Made by a program: the position numbers and the translations under genes. A stretch of 64,000 bases of DNA from an archaeon (GTDB lineage Archaea > SpSt-1190 > DYHY01), in contig JAZDJS010000048.1 of assembly GCA_043803745.1 (NCBI GenBank), positions 4,385 through 68,384 on the forward strand. The letters run 5' to 3'. Positions 8,701 to 15,696 of the stretch are shown one piece after another; the stretch's first letter is position 1, and each line of letters starts with the position of its first letter. Under the pieces are notes generated by a model. The model saw nothing but the letters and a program-made list of their open reading frames with translations, was not told the DNA's origin and searched no databases.

Positions 8701-10568
8701 TGCACCACACATATGCCGACGGCGAATATACCGCAAGCTATGTCTGCTATGACAATGCGGGGCACTCGAGCGAGCCTGAAACCGACGAGATTTTCGTTGA
8801 CACGGTAGACCCGGCAACATCAGCTGCGCTCAATCCGGCGGAGCCGGACGGGGACAACGGCTGGTATGTTTCTGAGGTTGAAGTCGCTCTGACTGCAACA
8901 GACCCGGAGCCAGCATCGGGAATATACCGGACCTATTACTGCGTTGACCAGATTCCAGATGGGAGCGGCGACGACGCAATTGAAGGAACTGAAGTTGACG
9001 GCGACTGGGGATGGCATCCTCCAAGGCCTTGCACTCCGAACACAAGATATACGCATCCGTTCGACGTCTCTGATGACGGGACGAACTATGTGCGGTTCTA
9101 TTCCGTTGACAAGGCTGGAAACGAGGAAGAAACCCAGACAATCTCTTTCAAGCAGGACGAGACAAACCCGGAAACCGACCACTCGGTTTCCCCAAGGAAC
9201 CCTGACGGGGACAACGAATGGTATGTCTCGGAAGTTGACGTGACTCTTGACGCTGACGATGACACATCCGGCGTCTACCAGACACTCTACTGCGTGAAGC
9301 AAAGCCTTGCCTGCGAAGAAGAGGAAGAAGGGGATGGCGAACCGGAACCAACTTGGTGGCATCCCCCTGCGCCGGAAGAGCCTGAATGCGAACCGGACAC
9401 TCTCTATGACGGGACTTTCACAGTGCTTCTAGAAGGGAAGACCTCAGTAACCTACATGTCAATTGACAATGCGGGAAACGAGGAGGAAATGCACACCTTC
9501 TCGTTCAAGCAGGACTGGACCGACCCGACAACGACAGCGACAACCGACCCGTCCGAACCGAACGGGAACAACAGCTGGTTCAACTCAACAGTTCAGTTCA
9601 ACCTTACCGCTGTTGACGGGCGTGCTGAAACGCCTTCCGAACCGGAAGGGGAAACAATCGAATCCGGCTGCTTCTGGTGGTGGTGGCAGCATCCGCCTGC
9701 GGATGGAGAAGTTCCATGCACCTCTGGAGTCCACAGAACGTACTATTGCATTGACTATGGCGCGGAAACTGGGGTTGTCGGCTGCTCAGCCGAATCCGAG
9801 GATTGCGGGGCATGCTACCCGAGGACAAGATACACGGAGCCTCTGAACCTGACCTATGAGGGACTGCAAACAATCCGGTTCTTCTCGGTTGACAAGGCCG
9901 GTAACCGCGAGGGAATCCAGGAACAGGGAATCTGGATTGACACGGTTGCCCCGGAAAGCACAATAACTGCTCCGGCGAACATGTCGAACTATTCGGCAAT
10001 CGGGACCCTTGTAATCAGGGGGAACAGCTCGGACGAGACAAGCGAAATCTTCGCAGTCGAAGTTGTTGTCAAGAACGCGGGAGGCTATGCGCTGATGAAC
10101 TGGACCGCTTCCGAAATTAACGCGACAGGGGACTGGAATTTCACCTGGACGCCTGGCGGATACGGGACCTACTACATAAGCTCGAGGGCAATCGATGCTG
10201 CGGGTAACTTTGAAACGGAGCCGGAAGAGATTGTTGTCTACTTCCCGGAGCCGCCTCTCAAGGTGCAAACCTATGGCGGGTTCTACGTAAGGACCTGTGG
10301 CAACGGGGTCTGCAACGCGAACATCGGCGAGAACGAACGGACCTGTCCGGAAGACTGCAAGGCTCCTGAAGAGGAAGAGCCTCTTGAGAACGCCGAAGAG
10401 CTAGTCAACCAAGTGACGACAACGACGGTCCAGCCGACGACAACGACGACGGTCCAACCCCAGCAAGGGACGCTTAACCCGAGACCGGGAATGCTCCCAA
10501 CAGGACGGTTCGTCCTTTTCGACCTGGCGGACCAGTTCTGGCAGTGGCTGTCTGGTTTGATGCAGTAA
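5715..10568 (+). CDS. giant secreted adhesin-like protein with at least 8 tandem NGWY-type Ig-like repeats, an FN3-like module, acidic stretches, a Cys motif, a Thr-rich stalk and a conserved aromatic C-terminal tail
   Basis: 1617 aa with an N-terminal signal peptide (MGKFSKILGLVVVLSVFAAFAVG). The unit P(N/D)G-x-NGWY-x-S-x-V-x-V-x-(F/L)-x-(C/A)-x-D-x-x-SG-(V/I) recurs at least 8 times, as in OmpL47-type / chitobiase-C Ig-like domains. It is followed by CGNGVCNANIGENERTCPEDC, a TTTTVQPTTTTT stalk and ...FVLFDLADQFWQWLSGLMQ. Confidence 0.85.
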   Translation: MGKFSKILGLVVVLSVFAAFAVGVGFSVTELKYDDGTIGYSGTWLDSDGQYVVKFAPAHKGEITWLGAYVSKDGSDDEWWAGLLNSDYSTLSPYVLNYISGSSAWRYASFSTVVSSPFYAAVKLQGSDDARLGKDGSSTSGYSEANTGSGWSAVSGNHMIRAYIDYFPEASSISFSENPTSASSVTVYATCTEYDSDDDVDHAQVRVDGGSWDWMSASDGSFNENSENAYKTISISGLSDGDHTVEVRCEDENSNWGDPVSATLTKGTSDTTAPVTTDDVPSGWKNTDVTVTFTCTDSGSGCDKVYYTTDGSEPDSGSSYVDSASSWQFTMSSEGQYTIKYRGVDVAGNWETTKTAANLLSIDKTAPGISGAATEGPNGLNGWYVSDVTVRFDCTDDLSGPVESFFDIFMTTDGAGQSASGTCYDLAGNSAGTTVSNIDIDKTVPSISGTVSPSPNGDGWNKEDATVHFDCSDATSGISSCTSDVLVTTEGETLVTGTAIDNAGNSATADITVKLDKTDPVTESSFNPAAPNGLNGWYVTEPEITLTFTDADPSSGKKWTKYKVNGGDAETYSAPFALPEGIHELKFHSKDRADNTEGWNTISNIKVDTTAPEAPEFSGTSPYYDGDGDFYVSWSSSSDATSGIRGYALYRSLNEGSFVLMGVFLDTTYHEQSPGIDSRYGYKVSAIDNAGNEGAQSEEKVVVVDRMDPTAPLMHDLPPYIGETEVTASWDHAADTGVYPSGISTYDVYVNSALDGSTTYPDNDYYKDSLANEQTYLFKTNAWDKSDPANEGPMSNEVGTTVDLTDPVTTAIFNPETPNGNNGWYISRPSITLSAVDSGSGVYKTYYCFDQIASGTSSLDVETEETEETGDNETVEGDRWHPTTTTTVAPTPCTPSAEYTGPFQIDTEGTNYVRFYSVDNVGNVETVNEVSFKQDLNEPTNQWFFLNGGNYYSDDSDVGAWYDSGKDTSKGSGLDYCVIDWGDDSQTTVSKSSNHVHHTYADGEYTASYVCYDNAGHSSEPETDEIFVDTVDPATSAALNPAEPDGDNGWYVSEVEVALTATDPEPASGIYRTYYCVDQIPDGSGDDAIEGTEVDGDWGWHPPRPCTPNTRYTHPFDVSDDGTNYVRFYSVDKAGNEEETQTISFKQDETNPETDHSVSPRNPDGDNEWYVSEVDVTLDADDDTSGVYQTLYCVKQSLACEEEEEGDGEPEPTWWHPPAPEEPECEPDTLYDGTFTVLLEGKTSVTYMSIDNAGNEEEMHTFSFKQDWTDPTTTATTDPSEPNGNNSWFNSTVQFNLTAVDGRAETPSEPEGETIESGCFWWWWQHPPADGEVPCTSGVHRTYYCIDYGAETGVVGCSAESEDCGACYPRTRYTEPLNLTYEGLQTIRFFSVDKAGNREGIQEQGIWIDTVAPESTITAPANMSNYSAIGTLVIRGNSSDETSEIFAVEVVVKNAGGYALMNWTASEINATGDWNFTWTPGGYGTYYISSRAIDAAGNFETEPEEIVVYFPEPPLKVQTYGGFYVRTCGNGVCNANIGENERTCPEDCKAPEEEEPLENAEELVNQVTTTTVQPTTTTTVQPQQGTLNPRPGMLPTGRFVLFDLADQFWQWLSGLMQ

Positions 10569-10584
10569 GGTAGGCAAGGAGAAA

Positions 10585-10623
10585 GAGTCCCCAAGAGGGG
10601 ACCTTTTTCTTTTTTATTTTTTA
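10585..10623 (+). terminator. intrinsic-type terminator (hairpin GTCCCC-AAGA-GGGGAC plus T-tract)
   Basis: Perfect 6-bp GC stem immediately followed by CTTTTTCTTTTTTATTTTTTAT, 17 nt after the stop at 10568. Confidence 0.6.
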
Positions 10624-10668
10624 TCGGACCAGCCAAAGCAATAAAAGCGGGACGTTATTGTTCCAGAA

Positions 10669-11601
10669 ATGAAAGTCTATTTCCTTTCTCCGAACAGGAA
10701 GCAGCTGATTTTTCCGGAGGCGGAAGCAAGGCTTGCCGGGCTGGACGTGCATTTTGAGGAGAAGAAGAAGAAACCCCTGGAGAAAGTCAAGGGGCTCCTT
10801 TCGCCCGGGGAGAAGATTCTCGCGCTCGACCCGGACTTTTGCTCCTGGAACTTCCCGAAACGGGAGCTGGAAAAAATCCCGGACCTGAAAGCAATCTGCC
10901 TCCAGACGACCTCGTTCTCCTGGGTTGATTGTTCCGCTGCGAAGGAACGGGGAACCCCGGTGATCAACGTCAGGAACTATTCGACCGATTCGGTTGCGGA
11001 ATGGGCGGTCCTGATGGCTTTGATGGTCGGACGGAAAATCCCGCTCGTTCTCAAGGACAAACTGAAGAGGAATATTGCTCGCCACAAAGGCTTCGGGACC
11101 GATGGGAAGGTTGCGGGAATAATCGGCTTAGGTCATATTGGGAAAAGGATCGCTGAGCTCTGCCTCGGACTTGGAATGGATGTGATCTATTGGTCAAGGG
11201 CTTCGCGGGACAGCCGTTTCCGGCTCGCCGGCGGACTTGCAGAGATTTTTGAGACTGCAGATTTCATTTTCCCCGCCCTTGCCAAGAATGAGGAGAGTGC
11301 GAAACTGATAACAGACGACTTTCTGAAAAGGATGAAAGGGACGGCGATTTTCACAAGCATTGTCCACGCGGTTTACAACGAGAAGCTGCTTTTGAGGCTT
11401 GCCGAAGCGGGAAAAATAGGCGGCTATGCTTTCGAGTTCGAGCCGGGCGAGGAGAAGAAATTCTCAAAGCTTTCCGGGAACATACTTGCGCTCCCGGGGC
11501 TTGCCTGGGCAACAGACAGTTCGTTCAGGCGGAACGGAGAGATTTGGGTGGAGAACATCCTGAAAGCGGCAAAAGGGGATTTTTCCGGACGGATTAACTG
11601 A
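10669..11601 (+). CDS. D-isomer-specific 2-hydroxyacid dehydrogenase family (phosphoglycerate/glyoxylate reductase-like)
   Basis: 310 aa with the NAD-binding Rossmann motif GIIGLGHIGKRIAELCLGLGMDV and overall D-2-HADH architecture. Confidence 0.8.
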   Translation: MKVYFLSPNRKQLIFPEAEARLAGLDVHFEEKKKKPLEKVKGLLSPGEKILALDPDFCSWNFPKRELEKIPDLKAICLQTTSFSWVDCSAAKERGTPVINVRNYSTDSVAEWAVLMALMVGRKIPLVLKDKLKRNIARHKGFGTDGKVAGIIGLGHIGKRIAELCLGLGMDVIYWSRASRDSRFRLAGGLAEIFETADFIFPALAKNEESAKLITDDFLKRMKGTAIFTSIVHAVYNEKLLLRLAEAGKIGGYAFEFEPGEEKKFSKLSGNILALPGLAWATDSSFRRNGEIWVENILKAAKGDFSGRIN

Positions 11602-12256
11602 ATTTTCTTTTTCCCCTGTCCGTGCTGCGGCACCGAGGGTCTGAGGACCAAACGGTTTTTTCCGAAGGAAAAAGGAGTTCAAGAAGTCAAGAAGTTTCAG
11701 AACGGCACTGTCGAGCCATCAGGCGAAGATAGTGCGCTTTCCCCGAGGGCTTTTGCAAAGGGCTCGAGAATGGCGCCAAGACAGTCAAGAAAAAGGGTTT
11801 CCGGAAGCGCGCAAGCGACCTGATAAAAATGGCGTTTCCCGTGAACGGACTTTTTCCAGAGGAAAAAAGGGGTTCTGGAATGGCGTAAGCCCATCATTGG
11901 CCGACATTTCCCTTTTCAGGGTTCGTCCGTTTCTTCTAGGACACCTCAGGGCCTTTTTGTGTTTGCTTGCTTGTTTGCTGCTCTTTGTTTTTTCCCGGGC
12001 CAGCGACAAATCCGGACCGGGGTCTCGTTTGTGGAGCGACGAACCTGCCCTTATACGCCTTGGGGCGAGTCCATCTCTCGTTTCTTCGTTCTCTCTATTC
12101 TCCGAAGGTCACCGGGTCCGGATCGTGACCGGACGCTTTCCCTGTTTCGGGGAGTGTGCCCTGCAGATTTTTTCTGTGGGTTCTGTCTGTTGGACAGGGG
12201 TGAGAAAGTTGCTGAGCTAACAGCAACCTCCGTTTCTGTTCCTTCTGCGGCTACTA

Positions 12257-12304
12257 GAACTGGCTAGTTGTTGAGATCCAGTTCCACGCATTCTCTCTTT
12301 TTTG
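12257..12304 (+). terminator. terminator-like hairpin (GAACTGG/CCAGTTC, 7 bp) followed by TTCTCTCTTTTTTG
   Basis: Perfect 7-bp stem with a 14-nt loop and a T-rich tail; sits in intergenic space. Confidence 0.35.
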
Positions 12305-12486
12305 ACAGGACTAGGAGTTGCGGAGCGATGAATGTGATTTAGGCAGGTAAGCGGTGATGAACTGCCGCGTCCCCTCAGGGCGCTATAATGGGTTTTATGG
12401 GGGTGGCTTTCTGGAAGAACAAAGCCCCCAAGGGGACGGCTGGCTGTCGGAAACCGGCTTACAGGGCTCAGACAATTCTTCCCGCA

Positions 12487-12526
12487 GCCGCAGCCTATGA
12501 GGGCTGCGGCCGTAATTGGGGTTTTT
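12487..12526 (+). terminator. terminator-like hairpin (GCCGCAGCC/GGCTGCGGC, 9 bp, loop TATGAG) followed by GGGGTTTTTGGGG
   Basis: Perfect 9-bp GC stem plus a T5 run. Confidence 0.35.
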
Positions 12527-12681
12527 GGGGTTTGGCTGGTGAGAAGTTGCATGGAAGAAAAGCCCTCGGAAACCCTTAAGGTAAGCCGGTTTGACTGGGA
12601 ATTTGTCATTTGATTATTTTTCTTTCCTTAGTTTTCTTTTCTGATTCTTTTTTGGTTGTTTGAAGAGTGGGGTGACGGAAG

Positions 12682-12716
12682 GGCCGGCGCCTGCCGGCCA
12701 ATCCGCTCTTTTTTTT
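12682..12716 (+). terminator. terminator (GGCCGGC-GCCT-GCCGGCC hairpin plus T8)
   Basis: Perfect 7-bp GC stem and tetraloop, with a T8 run 9 nt downstream. It is on the plus strand, although the adjacent ftsZ is on the minus strand, which implies a plus-strand transcript upstream. Confidence 0.5.
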
Positions 12717-12806
12717 CCCGCTCTCGTGTTTCTCTTCGTTCTTTTGCTCTTGCCGCGTGTCTGGTTTGCGTTTTGCTGCGGCTTCTTCTTGTCTTTGTTC
12801 GTCTGT

Positions 12807-13874
12807 TTAGGCAAGCACAGGTATTCCAAGGCTGTTTGCTGTCTGCTTCGTCCTCACTGAAGTTTCCCTTGGATTCACTGCGCCGAGGATGTGAGGCGAC
12901 TTTACTCCGGTAATTATCGTCATTACGCGGATTGAGCCTTCCAGTGCCGGGTCGATTCTCGCTCCCCAGATTACTGATGCGCCCGCATCCATGTCCTTCG
13001 CTACAAGGTCTCCGATCGTGTTGACCTCGTCCAGCGTCATGTCCGGTCCTCCGACAACATGCACCATTGCGCCGGTTGCGCCCTTGTAGTCAACATCGAG
13101 CAACGGGTTCGAAAGCGCCTTCCGGACAGCTTCCTCAGCGCGGTTCTCGCTTGTCGATTCCCCGACTCCGATTACCGCAACCCCGCCGTTTGACATTACT
13201 GCCTTGACGTCCGCATAGTCTAGGTTGACAAGGCTTGGAACTGCAATCGTCTCGACAATCCCCTTGATCATTGTTGCAATCAATTCGTCTGCAACAGCGA
13301 ATGCCTGGGCAATTGGGAGCTTTCCTGCAACCTCGACGAGCCTGTTGTTGTCAATCACGATTACGGTGTCCGTCGTCTGCCTGAGCTCATAGAGTCCCGC
13401 TTCAGCCTTGAAAATCCGCGCCTTTTCCATTTTGAAAGGCATCGTCACAACGCCGATTACAATCGAGCCCTGTTCCTTCGCAAGCTGCGCAACGACTGGC
13501 GCGCTACCGGTTCCGGTTCCTCCGCCCATTCCAGCAGTCACAAAGACCAGGTCACAGTTTCTGAGAGAATCCTTTATTTCGTTCCTCGCTTCCTCAGCTG
13601 CCGCCCTTCCGACTTCTGGATATCCGCCAGCCCCAAGGCCTTTTGTAAGGTCGCGTCCGATCAAGATCTTCTTGTCAGCTTCCCTTGCATCAAGGTGTAG
13701 CTTGTCTGTGTTGAGAGCTACAACCGTCGCGCCCTGTATCCCAAGCCTGTAAAGCCTGTCTGCAGTGTTGTTTCCGGCTCCTCCACAGCCGACTACCACT
13801 ATCCTGGCTTGGCCGACTTCAAAGTCTGCCCCAGGTCTTGCCGCGTTTGCCGCACTTTGTAGGACGTAGTCCAT
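12807..13874 (-). CDS. ftsZ: cell division GTPase FtsZ
   Basis: 355 aa with the tubulin signature GGGTGTGSAPVVA, an N-terminal GCGGAGNN GTP-binding loop and a NTD(K)L motif. Confidence 0.95.
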   Translation of the reverse strand: MDYVLQSAANAARPGADFEVGQARIVVVGCGGAGNNTADRLYRLGIQGATVVALNTDKLHLDAREADKKILIGRDLTKGLGAGGYPEVGRAAAEEARNEIKDSLRNCDLVFVTAGMGGGTGTGSAPVVAQLAKEQGSIVIGVVTMPFKMEKARIFKAEAGLYELRQTTDTVIVIDNNRLVEVAGKLPIAQAFAVADELIATMIKGIVETIAVPSLVNLDYADVKAVMSNGGVAVIGVGESTSENRAEEAVRKALSNPLLDVDYKGATGAMVHVVGGPDMTLDEVNTIGDLVAKDMDAGASVIWGARIDPALEGSIRVMTIITGVKSPHILGAVNPRETSVRTKQTANSLGIPVLA

Positions 13875-14333
13875 TTTCTTTTTTCACCCCGGTCATTTCT
13901 TTCTTTGACACTTTCCCGGTCCATTTCCCGGACGTTTGCCCGAGGATTGCATCGGAGTGCCGAAATGACTATATACCTTGGATAGCGTTAGCTACCCCAA
14001 GAAGTTCGAAAACAATTGAACCTTACCAGTTCAAGAAAATAGAATTTCAACTACCAAACTAGAAAAGACGGAAAGGACCTGTCCGAAACGCTTACCAGGC
14101 GTCCGGGCAAATGCCAAGAAACCGTTACCAGCGGCTCTTGCGCGTTGCGAATCCTACTTCTCTTTCCGCCGTTTTGATATATATCCCTAGTTGCACTCTG
14201 AATACTGCTATCAAATCAGTGTAGCCAAGAGCAATAATTGAAGTTTGGCGTTCTAGGCGCTGAATCCCCGGAATTCTTGAATTGACCCTTTGCGGATAGT
14301 CACTTTTTTGAGTAGTATTTATACCTGAAAGAG

Positions 14334-15155
14334 TCAGGCAATTTTCTTCAGCCGGATGTATTCCTCTCCGGCAGCAGTTTCAATTGGTTCAGCCTCGAAA
14401 GAATATCTCGGTCCCTGCCAAACTCCGTCCTTCGGATGGATTTTTTCCGGAGAAAAATTGCAGTTTTGCGTGCGGCAACGGAGTATGCGATCGTAAGTTG
14501 AGATTTTGGCGCTCAATTTGGTTACCTCCGCAGGATTGCTCGAGTCAATTAGCAGTAACCCTCCCGGAACAAGCACTTTGTCAAATGCGGCAAGCTGCCT
14601 GTCGAGAAGCGATTCAAGTTGATATGCCGCGTGCCAGGTTGCGCCAAGCCGGTCGTACACCAAATGCGCGGAGGAAGCTTCAAGAGGAGGCTTGAGTGCA
14701 TTTGCAGCAACAAGGACCGGCTGTTTTCCGCATCCAGTAAGCTCGTGGAGACTCTTTGTTTCGAGCGGCCGTTCAAGGACTGGATAGCCCGGCGGAGGAT
14801 TCCCGTCCAGACTGGATTGGTCGTAGAAATATTGCCAGCCGAGCTTCTCGCCCGCAGCCCTCACCAGCTCGCTGACAAGGTCTCCGCCAACAACAAGGGC
14901 GGGCTTGCCCCTCTCGGAAAGCTCCCTGTGAAAAACTTCGGTTGAATGCTGCATGTTGCCCGAGGGAATCCAGCAAACTGGCGTTTCTCCGGCTGTCGAA
15001 CCCAGCAGAGCAAGTTCGGCAACTGCGAATTCCGCTGCTGCGGAAAAGAGGGGCTCTGAAATCTCCCTGAGTTCCGCGTCCCAGTCTACATCCTCGCCGC
15101 CAGGCAGGTACATTTTCCTGATTCTTGAAGCAAGCGTTCTGCCGAGAAAATCCAT
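14334..15155 (-). CDS. hypothetical protein (possibly Rossmann-fold/methyltransferase-like)
   Basis: 273 aa. The DKVLVPGGLLLID segment resembles a post-I beta-strand motif of class I methyltransferases, but no clear GxGxG motif is present. Confidence 0.4.
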   Translation of the reverse strand: MDFLGRTLASRIRKMYLPGGEDVDWDAELREISEPLFSAAAEFAVAELALLGSTAGETPVCWIPSGNMQHSTEVFHRELSERGKPALVVGGDLVSELVRAAGEKLGWQYFYDQSSLDGNPPPGYPVLERPLETKSLHELTGCGKQPVLVAANALKPPLEASSAHLVYDRLGATWHAAYQLESLLDRQLAAFDKVLVPGGLLLIDSSNPAEVTKLSAKISTYDRILRCRTQNCNFSPEKIHPKDGVWQGPRYSFEAEPIETAAGEEYIRLKKIA

Positions 15156-15242
15156 TGTTTAAACTGGCAACTGCTACTTTATAATAGTTACTCACTCGAA
15201 AGTGAAAAGAAAACCTTAAAAATTCCAGATGAGACTAATCAT

Positions 15243-15650
15243 ATGGGCGACCGTTATACAGTAGAGGATTTTGACAGGTATTTGCGAACTGCCGCAACGG
15301 AAATTGTGAATAGACATTATCAGGCGACGGCCCAGGCGGCGGCAGATGCAATCGGGATTGCGGCAGACGTTTCTCTCAGTCCAGAAGAATCTGGAAAATA
15401 TTCCGGCGTTCCCGAGGAACTCCTCGCGATTTCCAAGGCCCTTTTCGACCTCACTGCAAACAGCTCGGCTTTGCTTAAAAGGGATTCCAACCCGGCTAAA
15501 CTGAAGACTCTTGCAGTAAGCAGACTTGAACGCGCTGATTTCGGGAAAATCGGAGCGGTCTTGGGTCCGGACCTAGCGGGCTGCCTTGAGGGAATCGTGG
15601 AAGAAAAAACCAACGAATACCATCGCGCCGAGTGGATCAATGTGGACTAA
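15243..15650 (+). CDS. hypothetical protein
   Basis: 135-aa ORF, mostly helical by composition; no motif recognised. Confidence 0.4.
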   Translation: MGDRYTVEDFDRYLRTAATEIVNRHYQATAQAAADAIGIAADVSLSPEESGKYSGVPEELLAISKALFDLTANSSALLKRDSNPAKLKTLAVSRLERADFGKIGAVLGPDLAGCLEGIVEEKTNEYHRAEWINVD

Positions 15651-15696
15651 TTCATTTTGAAAAATATATAAGTCCCGAACGCACCGGAACTTCCGG

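Larger units (their letters stand above)
11960..12600 (+). ncRNA. candidate structured non-coding RNA(s) in an ORF-free 1.2 kb region; class unresolved, with weak RNase P CR-II/CR-V-like strings only
   Basis: No credible ORF lies between 11602 and 12806 (the listed ORFs are Arg-rich and low complexity). GGGGUGAGAAAGUUGCUGAGCUAACAGCAACC at 12192 and GGAAACCGGCUUAC at 12449 resemble RNase P CR-II and CR-V. A 12-nt perfect long-range complement pairs 12451-12462 with 12581-12592. Three plus-strand hairpin plus T-run elements follow. Confidence 0.2.

Noticed and set aside
11732-12267. ORFs of 162, 102 and 130 aa in the 1.2 kb spacer as protein-coding genes
   Set aside because: The translations are Arg/Ser/Leu-rich and low-complexity with no start context. 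The region shows plus-strand terminator hairpins instead, so I treat it as non-coding.
12100-12600. Firm call of RNase P RNA
   Set aside because: Only two weak CR-II/CR-V-like strings are present, the CR-I GGAAAGUCCGG is not found, and the spacing is atypical. It is reported only as a low-confidence ncRNA candidate.
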